53,794 nucleotides of DNA, taken from IMG/VR virus record IMGVR_UViG_3300015360_000054, positions 1 through 53,794 of that record, one strand, 5' to 3'. Shown here piece by piece: positions 1 to 8,154 of the stretch. Numbering within the stretch: the first letter of the stretch is position 1; every line of letters begins with the position of its first letter. Origin of the DNA: a virus (lineage: Duplodnaviria; Caudoviricetes). A program made the position numbers and the translations under genes. Below the pieces are notes generated by a model, which saw nothing but the letters and a program-made list of their open reading frames with translations, was not told where the DNA came from and made no database searches.

Positions 1-2
1 CT

Positions 3-209
3 ACTGGTGCGGGTACTCAAGGTACTACGGGATCCCAAGGGACTACTGGAACTCAAGGGACAACTGGAAGCCAAGGAACTACTGGTGCTGGTACTCAAGG
101 GACAACTGGAAGCCAAGGAACTATTGGATCTTTGCCCGTCAACATAACAGTGGGCACAACAGCCCCGGGCTCGCCGTCAACTAATGACTTGTGGGTAGAT
201 ACTAACTAA
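3..209 (+). CDS. 3' end of a collagen-like (Gly-X-Y) fibre protein, truncated by the window edge
   Basis: The frame starting at nt 3 reads TGAGTQGTTGSQGTTGTQGTTGSQGTTGAGTQGTTGSQGTIGSLPVNITVGTTAPGSPSTNDLWVDTN, with TAA at 207-209. Not in the ORF track because the start lies upstream. Confidence 0.85.
   Translation, partial: TGAGTQGTTGSQGTTGTQGTTGSQGTTGAGTQGTTGSQGTIGSLPVNITVGTTAPGSPSTNDLWVDTN
51..123 (+). repeat. 31-bp exact direct repeat inside the collagen coding repeat
   Basis: ACTCAAGGGACAACTGGAAGCCAAGGAACTA at 51-81 and 93-123. Confidence 0.9.
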
Positions 210-217
210 AGGAACCT

Positions 218-1054
218 ATGGCAGCCATTGCTGGTCTATCCGATTTAATTAATAGAAGTACTGGGGGCAACTCCGGTACTCCTCAAAATGTATTTTATTT
301 TAAGGTTCCCAGAATTGCAGGAGGTGCTCCTGCAGCTCTTACTGTGGGACGTTTACACTCTCTTTGGAGATATGATGGGTCCCCTGGAGCTGGTAGTGCC
401 CCCGGGGCTGTAGCTATACCAACCAATGCAACAGCAGGAGCGCTACCTTTTATATCTGCTGGTGGCGCACGAGAAAGTTGGCTCACTCAAGTATGGGCAG
501 CAATAAACGTAAGTGGTACGCTAATCCTATATGATAGACTACTACATCAAGGTAACCTAAGTGGTACTGTAACTACTGCTCAAACTGTAGGTGGAACCCT
601 TACAAGAAATACTGGAGGAGTTGGAAACCTAGCTTTTATTGAGATTTATACCAACATAGGAACAACTAGTAGAACAGTAACTATGAATTATACTAATCAA
701 GCGGGAACCTCATCTCGTACATCTACCGCTGTACAAATAGGGGCTACTGGATTTTTAGAATCTACTAGAATGTTAACTCTACCCCTACAAACAGGTGATA
801 CCGGGATACGAGAAATAGCTAGTATTACTCTAAGTGCGAGCACTGGAACTGCAGGAGCTATAGGCGTAACTATAGGAGATCCTATAGCGTATATAGGCGT
901 AGGGCTAGGCGGTTCATGTGGATGGAGAGATTTTGTTACGGGCATGCCCGGCATCCCACGTATAGAATCAGACGCTTGTTTATCTCTAATGTTTATACCT
1001 ACAACAAGTACAGTCCCTGATCTACTTGGTGGATACTCTATAGTGGAGGCTTAA
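218..1054 (+). CDS. Hypothetical Gly/Thr-rich putative virion protein, paralogue A
   Basis: AAGGA SD. Shares the motifs RLHxLWR, YDRLxH and LPLQxGDTG with the next ORF and lies directly after the collagen gene. Confidence 0.6.
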   Translation: MAAIAGLSDLINRSTGGNSGTPQNVFYFKVPRIAGGAPAALTVGRLHSLWRYDGSPGAGSAPGAVAIPTNATAGALPFISAGGARESWLTQVWAAINVSGTLILYDRLLHQGNLSGTVTTAQTVGGTLTRNTGGVGNLAFIEIYTNIGTTSRTVTMNYTNQAGTSSRTSTAVQIGATGFLESTRMLTLPLQTGDTGIREIASITLSASTGTAGAIGVTIGDPIAYIGVGLGGSCGWRDFVTGMPGIPRIESDACLSLMFIPTTSTVPDLLGGYSIVEA

Positions 1055-1055
1055 C

Positions 1056-1871
1056 ATGACAATAGCGACATTAGATGCTTATAAATATGCACTAAATAAC
1101 CAAAATCAAATAGTAAATGTAAACGTTGGGGTAACCACAATTACAGCGGCTAGACTACATGATTTATGGCGAGCTATGATTCCTGTGGGGGCAGTTCCTA
1201 CAGCTTCGGTAGCTGTATCCAACGCCACCCTAGGCTCGTTAAAACAAATAAACCCTACTACAGGAAATTTAGCTATTGTAGGAATGAGAGGAAATAGCGG
1301 CGGCCCCGGGGTATATATTATATATGATAGACTAAACCATTCTGGTGGATTAGATGCTACTCTAACAGGAGCACGAACTGTAAATCTACCTACTGCAGCC
1401 CTAACTCGCTCCACCAGTGGAGAAGGAGTTCAGATAGGACTTACTATATATACTCAAATTGGGCCCATCGTAACAACAGTAACTGCTTCATACACTAATA
1501 CTAGTGATACCGCCGGCAGAACTACTACAGCTATAATTATGGGAGGCACTGCCAACAGGGAAGCAAATCGCCTTTTGCTACTTCCGTTACAAGCAGGAGA
1601 TACAGGAGTAAAATCGGTACAAAGCGTAAGCTTAGTAGCTAGTACACTAACTGCAGGTAACTTTGGGGTAACTTTGCTTAAACCTGTATATGTTCTTATA
1701 TCTAATGATGCTACTGGAGTTATAAACTCCGCAGGATTTATTTCTGGTTTAATATCCGGCGGTATACCAAATATAGAAGACAATGCTTGCTTATTTTTAG
1801 GATATATGGGGCCAATAACCGGAGCCGGGAGTGTTCCGTTATCCGGAGCGTTACTAGTATCGGAACACTAA
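1056..1871 (+). CDS. Hypothetical Gly/Thr-rich putative virion protein, paralogue B
   Basis: Colinear similarity to 218..1054 (RLHDLWR, YDRLNH, LPLQAGDTG, IPNIEDNACL); 1-nt gap to the previous gene. Confidence 0.6.
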   Translation: MTIATLDAYKYALNNQNQIVNVNVGVTTITAARLHDLWRAMIPVGAVPTASVAVSNATLGSLKQINPTTGNLAIVGMRGNSGGPGVYIIYDRLNHSGGLDATLTGARTVNLPTAALTRSTSGEGVQIGLTIYTQIGPIVTTVTASYTNTSDTAGRTTTAIIMGGTANREANRLLLLPLQAGDTGVKSVQSVSLVASTLTAGNFGVTLLKPVYVLISNDATGVINSAGFISGLISGGIPNIEDNACLFLGYMGPITGAGSVPLSGALLVSEH

Positions 1872-1872
1872 T

Positions 1873-2079
1873 ATGAGCTTTAGAAGACTATTATTTGATA
1901 ACGGAGCTATAGAAGTAGGGCTATTACCTATAGAAGCACCAGCTGGGGGCGGGCAAATTAAAGTATGGCTTTCTGGGGCCTGGGTGGCTAAACCCGTAAA
2001 AGTATGGAATGGATCGGCTTGGGTTATAAATCCCTTGAAATTCTATAATGGATCAACATTTATAACAACAGGCTATTAA
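1873..2079 (+). CDS. Small Trp-repeat protein, putative fibre adaptor
   Basis: Three tandem units IKVWLSGAWV / VKVWNGSAWV / LKFYNGSTFI; tightly packed between its neighbours. Confidence 0.6.
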   Translation: MSFRRLLFDNGAIEVGLLPIEAPAGGGQIKVWLSGAWVAKPVKVWNGSAWVINPLKFYNGSTFITTGY

Positions 2080-2081
2080 AC

Positions 2082-3032
2082 ATGCTAGCAAAACAAGCAA
2101 TACAAAATGGGGGCTATATAGTTCCTATTATACTAGATAAAATTATTACGGGGGGAACAGGAGTTATGAACCCCTCTATTTTCAATGACAATGGTAAATT
2201 GCTGCTTAACGTTCGTAATGTTAATTATGCGATATACCATTGTCATAATTTTTTTCAACGATATGGCCCACTACAGTATATACATGAGGAACAATTAAAG
2301 GTTCTAGCAACTAAAAATATACTTGTTCATCTTGACGACACTTTAAACCCTATTAAATATCAGCGTATAAATACAGATAGGTTAGATGAACCCTCTCAGT
2401 GGGAGTTTACTGGACTAGAGGATGCTCGCCTAGTAAAATGGGGGGATGATTTTTACCTTATAGGGGTTCGCAGGGATAACAATCCTACCGGGAAAGGTCG
2501 AATGGAAATGTCTAAAATAGACATTAATACATTTGAAGAACTTGATCGAGAATTATTGCCCGCTCCAGGACTAGACAATACTTATTGTGAGAAGAACTGG
2601 ATGCCTATTCTGGATAGATCTTTTGGGTTTGTCAAATGGACAGCCCCAACAGAAGTAGCTTATCGACTAAAGCCTGGAAAGGTAGTATCCACTACCGTAG
2701 AAACAGATATAAAGCCTAGCCTAGATCTGCGAGGAGGCTCTCAAGTACTGGACTATTCTAATCATTATATAGCTATAGTTCATGAGGCCGCCTTATTTCA
2801 ATCTCAACTAGGACAAAAGGATGCTATCTACAGACATCGTTTTGTTTGCTGGGATAAAGATTTTAATCTAAAATACGTAAGTGAGCCTTTTAACTTCTTA
2901 GGTGGTAAGATAGAATTCTGTACTGGAGCATGCTTCTTTGATAAGTATCTACTTATTTCTTTTGGCCGTCAAGACAACTCCGCCTATATACTAGCATTAC
3001 CATTAGCCATATTGGACTCCTACCTATCATGA
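2082..3032 (+). CDS. Glycoside hydrolase/phosphorylase-like five-bladed beta-propeller (GH130/GH43-like fold)
   Basis: Motifs NPSI, GLEDARLV, EKNWMP, RGGS and IEFC in the order typical of this fold. Confidence 0.65.
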   Translation: MLAKQAIQNGGYIVPIILDKIITGGTGVMNPSIFNDNGKLLLNVRNVNYAIYHCHNFFQRYGPLQYIHEEQLKVLATKNILVHLDDTLNPIKYQRINTDRLDEPSQWEFTGLEDARLVKWGDDFYLIGVRRDNNPTGKGRMEMSKIDINTFEELDRELLPAPGLDNTYCEKNWMPILDRSFGFVKWTAPTEVAYRLKPGKVVSTTVETDIKPSLDLRGGSQVLDYSNHYIAIVHEAALFQSQLGQKDAIYRHRFVCWDKDFNLKYVSEPFNFLGGKIEFCTGACFFDKYLLISFGRQDNSAYILALPLAILDSYLS

Positions 3033-4207
3033 CAGAGTATCTTGAATCTTATATATTATATCCCACAGACTATATGGTTTCTTTTAAACTCGCGTATAGT
3101 TACGAACAAGCGGGGCAATTAGCAGGAGCTATTGAGTTCTATCTAGAGACTGCGGATAACCCACTAGTATCTTTTAATCTAAAGTATGAGTGCTTAATAC
3201 GTGCAGCTATCTGTTATCAAAAACAAGGCAGTAGAGAAGATACTGTCTTTACATTATTATCTCACGCTGTCTCATTATGCCCAGACGCTATGGAAGCTCA
3301 TTATTTATTATGTAAACATTATGAGCTATCCAAAGATTGGCATAGACTTTATATGCATGCGTGCATTGGCCTTAATACCTATAAGATGGTAACAACCAAA
3401 CCTATTTTTGGGTTAGGACATTATGAACTTACTTTCTTTAAAGGACTGGCAGGTTGGTGGATTGGTAAGACAGAAGAGTCTAGGGAACTTATGTTTCAGA
3501 CCTATAATAGACCAGGACAGCTACAAGATTTAGCTTTTAATAACCTTCGTAGTATAGGTTATCCAAGAACTGCTTTTGGTTACCAACGTGAAAATATGTC
3601 TAGAATAATAGATAAGTTTAAAGGTTACAACACTATACAAAAAAACTACGCGCAAGCGGCGCAAGATCTTTTTGTTATCACAGCCCTTGACGGTAAGCTG
3701 GGGGGCACATACTTAGAGATAGGTTCCGCCGACCCGGTAATGTTTAACAACACATATCTACTAGAGAAAGAGTTTGATTGGAAGGGAACTTCTGTAGACA
3801 TTGAATACCATCACATTGCCAAGCACCGTGTTACTCGCAAGAATAAAGCGGTCTGCGAGGATGCGTTTAATCTAGATTATAAACCATATGCTAACGTAGA
3901 CTACTTGCAGGTAGACTGCGAGCCCCCCTCAACTACGTTCGAACTATTAAAGCTAGCTATGCAACATTGCCGGCCAAAAGTTATTACTTTTGAGCACGAC
4001 AGATACGTAGCAGGCGATGATATAGCCCATGAATCTAGACTCTTGCTTTCTGGCATGGGTTATGTATTGAAAGTAAAAGATGTTAAATTTGATAAGAGAG
4101 AGTCTCAATTCGAAGATTGGTGGGTTCTTCCTGAACTCAATAAGAATGTTCCTAGATTCGAGGAGAATATTCTAGGTATCGAATACATTCTGAAAAATAC
4201 TTCTTGA
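3029..4207 (+). CDS. TPR-like domain fused to an FkbM-family SAM methyltransferase
   Basis: The N-half has helical TPR-like repeats. The C-half has AQxxQD, YLEIGSADP, NNTYLLE, VDYLQVDCE, ITFEHD and EDWW. Confidence 0.75.
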   Translation: MTEYLESYILYPTDYMVSFKLAYSYEQAGQLAGAIEFYLETADNPLVSFNLKYECLIRAAICYQKQGSREDTVFTLLSHAVSLCPDAMEAHYLLCKHYELSKDWHRLYMHACIGLNTYKMVTTKPIFGLGHYELTFFKGLAGWWIGKTEESRELMFQTYNRPGQLQDLAFNNLRSIGYPRTAFGYQRENMSRIIDKFKGYNTIQKNYAQAAQDLFVITALDGKLGGTYLEIGSADPVMFNNTYLLEKEFDWKGTSVDIEYHHIAKHRVTRKNKAVCEDAFNLDYKPYANVDYLQVDCEPPSTTFELLKLAMQHCRPKVITFEHDRYVAGDDIAHESRLLLSGMGYVLKVKDVKFDKRESQFEDWWVLPELNKNVPRFEENILGIEYILKNTS

Positions 4208-4232
4208 CATTGACCCCAACTTGTGATACTAT
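4204..4232 (+). promoter_or_regulatory. Sigma70-type promoter for ligase A
   Basis: TTGACA (4204-4209), 17-nt spacer, TGn-TACTAT (4227-4232), A-tract upstream. Confidence 0.8.
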
Positions 4233-4237
4233 ACAGC

Positions 4238-5197
4238 ATGATAAAAGAATTTCTAGATAAAGCTAGTGCAGCTTACTATAAAGGCAGCCCAATTATCTCT
4301 GACGAAGAATTTGATATTCTCGCAGATCGTTATGCCTACGAACAATTAGGGGATCCAGAGCCGGGAGAAGTAAAACACTTCTACCGTATGTATTCTTTAC
4401 AGAAAATTCCGGCAGGTACAGAGCCGCCTATATTAGATTACCCAATTACAACTCCTAAAATTGACGGAGCAGCAATTGCTATTACGTATGTACAGGGTAC
4501 TCTTGTCAACATAGTAACCAGAGGCAATGGTACCGTAGGACAAGACGTAACAGATAAAGTACGCCATCTAGTTCCTGCGGATATACACCCAAGCCTAAAT
4601 ATACTAGTTCAAATTAATGCTGAGATAGCCGCCCCTAAGCACATACCTCGTGCACGTAATTATGCTGCTGGCGCTCTTAATCTTAAAGATGCAGAGGAAG
4701 TTAAAACTCGCGACTTAAAGATATTTGCATACGAATTAGAATTTGATAATGACTGCTACCCTGTAAGTGAATATGCTTTTGATAACTATCAGGTAAGAAT
4801 GGATTGGCTAGAAGCGTGTGGCATAGCCACTGTACTTTATAGCGATACTTCTAATTATCCTACTGATGGTATAGTAATTCGTGAGCGTAGCTACGCAAAG
4901 TTTAAGGAAGCTGGCTATACGGCTAAGCACCCAAGATTAGCTTATGCTGTTAAGCCTGAAGCTACAGTAGCAGTCACAAAACTATTAGATGTGCAATGGC
5001 AGCTTGGCAGAACTGGGGTAGTTTCCCCAGTAGCTATTTTAGAGCCTGTACTAGTATCCGAAGCTATGGTGTCGCGTGCTACACTGCACAACATGGATTA
5101 TATCGAAATGCTCGGGCTGGAAATAGGATGCGATGTAGAGATAGTTCGCTCGGGGGAAATCATCCCAAAAATCGTGCGGAGAATTAATGTCGTATAA
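4238..5197 (+). CDS. ligA: NAD-dependent DNA ligase, subunit A (adenylation and OB domains), T5-type split ligase
   Basis: AYYKG..ISDEEFD, MYSLQK, KIDG adenylation motif, TRGNG, DGIV, WQLGRTG, RATLHN, SGEIIPKI. The ATG at 4238 is preferred over the GTG at 4223, which lies inside the promoter. Confidence 0.93.
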   Translation: MIKEFLDKASAAYYKGSPIISDEEFDILADRYAYEQLGDPEPGEVKHFYRMYSLQKIPAGTEPPILDYPITTPKIDGAAIAITYVQGTLVNIVTRGNGTVGQDVTDKVRHLVPADIHPSLNILVQINAEIAAPKHIPRARNYAAGALNLKDAEEVKTRDLKIFAYELEFDNDCYPVSEYAFDNYQVRMDWLEACGIATVLYSDTSNYPTDGIVIRERSYAKFKEAGYTAKHPRLAYAVKPEATVAVTKLLDVQWQLGRTGVVSPVAILEPVLVSEAMVSRATLHNMDYIEMLGLEIGCDVEIVRSGEIIPKIVRRINVV

Positions 5198-5546
5198 TAC
5201 AACTTGGTTTTTAAATAATCCAGATAAGGCTAACTCACCCGGCCTACTATATGTAGTAGTACTAGTTAATAGAAAGACTTTTCGGCGCGAGTGCGTTAAG
5301 ATTGGCATTACCAAAGGTAAAACTTGGAAGGACGCTATAGTGCGTTCTCACGGCTTTGGTGTCTACGACATAAGAATACAAACAACCATTTCTAGCACCT
5401 TGCAAGAAGTGTATAACCTAGAGCAGGCCCTGCATAATGAATTTGCATCCTTCTCATATAAACCAAATGTAAAATTCGGAGGGCACACTGAGTGCTTCTC
5501 CCTTGAATGTTTATCAGCAGTATTGGATTTTTTGAAATGCAAGTAA
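5187..5546 (+). CDS. GIY-YIG superfamily (T5orf172-like) nuclease
   Basis: GLLYVV...VKIGIT...LEQALH...GHTECF pattern. Confidence 0.75.
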   Translation: MSYNTTWFLNNPDKANSPGLLYVVVLVNRKTFRRECVKIGITKGKTWKDAIVRSHGFGVYDIRIQTTISSTLQEVYNLEQALHNEFASFSYKPNVKFGGHTECFSLECLSAVLDFLKCK

Positions 5547-5719
5547 TACTAAAAAACGGTCTAAACTTTAATGAGCTTAGGCAACAGCTAGATCACCTAG
5601 CGTTGTTTAAGCACACCATGTGTCTAGAAAAAATAGAACTAGCGTCCATAGTAGGTGACAGAGCTTATTATGATATTCAATATGTAGTAAGGGATTGCCA
5701 TGTCGGAAGCGTCGTATAA
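5537..5719 (+). CDS. Small hypothetical protein
   Basis: Fills the gap between the nuclease and thyA, overlapping both; the start is uncertain. Confidence 0.4.
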   Translation: MQVILKNGLNFNELRQQLDHLALFKHTMCLEKIELASIVGDRAYYDIQYVVRDCHVGSVV

Positions 5720-6545
5720 AAAGCTTCTATCAGATATTTTAGCTCATGGAGTTGAAACAAAAGATAGGACCGACGTAGGTACCATTAGTTTGTTTGGGGA
5801 AAAAATCGTATATGATATTAGCGAATACTTTCCTCTCTTTACAGCTAAGAAAGTAGACTTCGCCAATATCGCTAGTGAGCTATTGTGGTTCCTTAGTGGT
5901 TCCACTAACGTGTATGATCTAGCCAAGATTAAGAATCCTGAAAAGCCTATGGCTAAAACCATCTGGCACGATAATGCTTTTGCGTCTTATTGGAGAGATA
6001 AAGCTGTTCACCCCGGAGACTGCGGTTTAATTTACGGTAAACAGTGGCGTTCTTGGGGTCCTGAAGCTATTGACCAAATAAAAGAACTAGAAGATGGCGT
6101 AAAGAATAATCCCCATAGCCGTCGTCATATGCTGCAATCCTATAATCCAGAGCAAGTTAAATGGTCCTCACTACCTGCCTGCCATACTATGACTCAGTTC
6201 TCCGTGCGCGAAGATAACTATCTAGATTGCATCTTTTATATGCGCTCTAATGACATGCTGCTAGGGCACCCATACAACGTAGCTTCGTATGCTTTGCTTA
6301 CATACATGCTTTGCTGCGTAACAAGATACAAACCCGGTAGAGTTGTATATATGGGTGGCGATTGCCATATATACCTAAACCACATTGAAGCAGTTACAAA
6401 GTACTTGCAATCTCCTATCAATAAAATTCGCCCCACACTAGAAATCGTAGAGCAACACGACAGTTTGTTAGATTTTACCATGTCTAGCTTTAAGATTGAA
6501 AATTATTTTCCAGGACCAGTAATCTCTGCTCCAATGGCAGTATAA
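5700..6545 (+). CDS. thyA: Thymidylate synthase
   Basis: DRTDVGT, ELLWFL, YGKQWR, LPACH, RSND..LG.PYN, DCHIY.NH, C-terminal PMAV. Confidence 0.96.
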   Translation: MSEASYKKLLSDILAHGVETKDRTDVGTISLFGEKIVYDISEYFPLFTAKKVDFANIASELLWFLSGSTNVYDLAKIKNPEKPMAKTIWHDNAFASYWRDKAVHPGDCGLIYGKQWRSWGPEAIDQIKELEDGVKNNPHSRRHMLQSYNPEQVKWSSLPACHTMTQFSVREDNYLDCIFYMRSNDMLLGHPYNVASYALLTYMLCCVTRYKPGRVVYMGGDCHIYLNHIEAVTKYLQSPINKIRPTLEIVEQHDSLLDFTMSSFKIENYFPGPVISAPMAV

Positions 6546-6549
6546 GACC

Positions 6550-6601
6550 TGGGAAAAAAACTTCTTGACTTTTGGTCAAAAGTGACGTATAATAAAATCA
6601 T
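6550..6601 (+). promoter_or_regulatory. Strong promoter for the ligase B-D5 unit, with an inverted repeat in the spacer
   Basis: TTGACT (6565-6570), 17 nt, TATAAT (6588-6593); ACTTTTG-GT-CAAAAGT at 6568-6583. Confidence 0.85.
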
Positions 6602-6616
6602 AATAAGGAAGCAAGT

Positions 6617-7342
6617 ATGCGTATCGTTCCCCCAACTCAGTGCCCTTCGTGCCATAGTGAACTAATACAAAAAAACTCTATTCTTTATTGTGTCAATCGT
6701 TCCTGTGAGGGACAAGGCGCCAAACTAATTGAAAACTTTGCTAAAGTATTAAAGATAAAAGGCCTTGGTCCATCTACGATCGAAAAACTAAACGTAACTA
6801 CAATTGACGAAATTTATAGTCTTTCACTGGACTATATAGTATCTTGTATAGGCGCTGCACTTGGAAATAAACTTAAAGAACAAATAGAGATTTCTAAAAA
6901 CTCAAGTTTAAATGAAGTGCTACCTGCACTAGGTATACCTTTAATTGGTAAGACTGCTGCCGAGAAAATCTGCGCAGAATTTACAGATATTCATAGCATA
7001 TCATTAGAAAAAGTAAAAGATATACTAGGCCCCAAAGCCTATGAAAATTTTGCTTCTTGGTATTTAGACGGGGAATGGGAAGAACTCCCTTTCAAGTTTG
7101 ATTCCAAAAAAGCTATGCCAAAGCCACTTAACAGCAAGACAGTATGCATAACTGGCAAGCTGAGTAGCTTTAAGACCAAAGCTGAAGCTGCAAAGTACCT
7201 TATAGAAAAAGGTTACACAGTAGCTGATAGTATTACTAAGACCACCAACATACTAGTCAATGAAAGTGGTATCGAAAGTGAAAAGACTAAAAAAGCCCGT
7301 GCCAATGGCACACAAATTGTTAACAATATATTGGAGTTATAA
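6617..7342 (+). CDS. ligB: NAD-dependent DNA ligase, subunit B (Zn finger, HhH, BRCT)
   Basis: PTQCPSC...YCVN..C, IKGLG, LGIPLIG, VCITG BRCT, KTKKAR. Confidence 0.93.
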   Translation: MRIVPPTQCPSCHSELIQKNSILYCVNRSCEGQGAKLIENFAKVLKIKGLGPSTIEKLNVTTIDEIYSLSLDYIVSCIGAALGNKLKEQIEISKNSSLNEVLPALGIPLIGKTAAEKICAEFTDIHSISLEKVKDILGPKAYENFASWYLDGEWEELPFKFDSKKAMPKPLNSKTVCITGKLSSFKTKAEAAKYLIEKGYTVADSITKTTNILVNESGIESEKTKKARANGTQIVNNILEL

Positions 7343-8088
7343 TGACCGACCTAAAACCAAAAAAATGGACTGATGAAACAACCGATACCCTTAAGAACTA
7401 CGTAGGGGACGACTCGGTGGCTATTAGCCAGCACACAGTTCAAGAAGCAGCAAAGATGCTTGAGACAACCTCACGCTCAGTAGCTGCCAAACTTCGCAAG
7501 CTAGGCTACGAAGTAGACAAAGTAGAAAGCACTGCTACGAAAGCGTTCAGTGACGAGCAAGAAGAAGCTATCCGCGAGTTCCTTACCGACAACGAAGCAG
7601 AGTACACCTTTGCTGAGATCGCAGAAAAATTTGCTAATGGCGTATTCACCGCTAAGCAAATTCAAGGTAAAGTCCTTTCCATGGAACTTACTGCGTTCGT
7701 TAAGAAAACCCCGAAGAAAGAGTACGAGCGTTCGTTCTCTGCGGCTGAAGAAGCCAAATTCGTTGGTCTCGTGAACGAAGGTGCATCACTAGAGAAGATT
7801 GCTGCTGCCCTTAAGCGCGAAGTTCCAGTGGTGCGTGGTAAAGCACTTTCGCTTCTTCGCACTGGTGAAATCACCGGTATCCCTAAGTCGGAAAAAGTTC
7901 CAGCCGCAGAAGTAGATGTACTTGCGACCTTGGACGTTCCTAACCTTACGGTAGAAGAAATTGCGGACAAGCTAGACCGCACCGAGCGTGGCGTGAAAAC
8001 CATGCTAACCCGTCGTGGACTTGCCGCAAAAGACTATGATGGAGCAGCAAAGCGTATCAAACGCGACGCAAAAGAAACCGCTGCTTAA
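7342..8088 (+). CDS. T5 D5-like DNA-binding transcription regulator
   Basis: Repeated HTH-like units (KWTDE, AFSDEQE, SFSAAEE), C-terminal KTMLTRRGL..DYDG; T5 synteny after ligase B. Confidence 0.85.
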   Translation: MTDLKPKKWTDETTDTLKNYVGDDSVAISQHTVQEAAKMLETTSRSVAAKLRKLGYEVDKVESTATKAFSDEQEEAIREFLTDNEAEYTFAEIAEKFANGVFTAKQIQGKVLSMELTAFVKKTPKKEYERSFSAAEEAKFVGLVNEGASLEKIAAALKREVPVVRGKALSLLRTGEITGIPKSEKVPAAEVDVLATLDVPNLTVEEIADKLDRTERGVKTMLTRRGLAAKDYDGAAKRIKRDAKETAA

Positions 8089-8106
8089 TTTTTTAGCATA
8101 ATGGTG

Positions 8107-8140
8107 AAAAAGCGGGGCCTTCAAAACGCCCCGCTTTTTT
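8107..8140 (+). terminator. Intrinsic terminator after D5
   Basis: AAAAAGCGGGGC-loop-GCCCCGCTTTTTT. Confidence 0.85.
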
Positions 8141-8154
8141 GTCAGGAGGATTAA

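Noticed and set aside
1-130. Short repeats as a CRISPR array
   Set aside because: They are in-frame Gly-X-Y codon repeats without unique spacers.
5700-6545. thyA as a base-modifying hydroxymethylase
   Set aside because: It keeps the dUMP-specifying Asn (PYN) and all canonical ThyA motifs, and no modification genes lie next to it.
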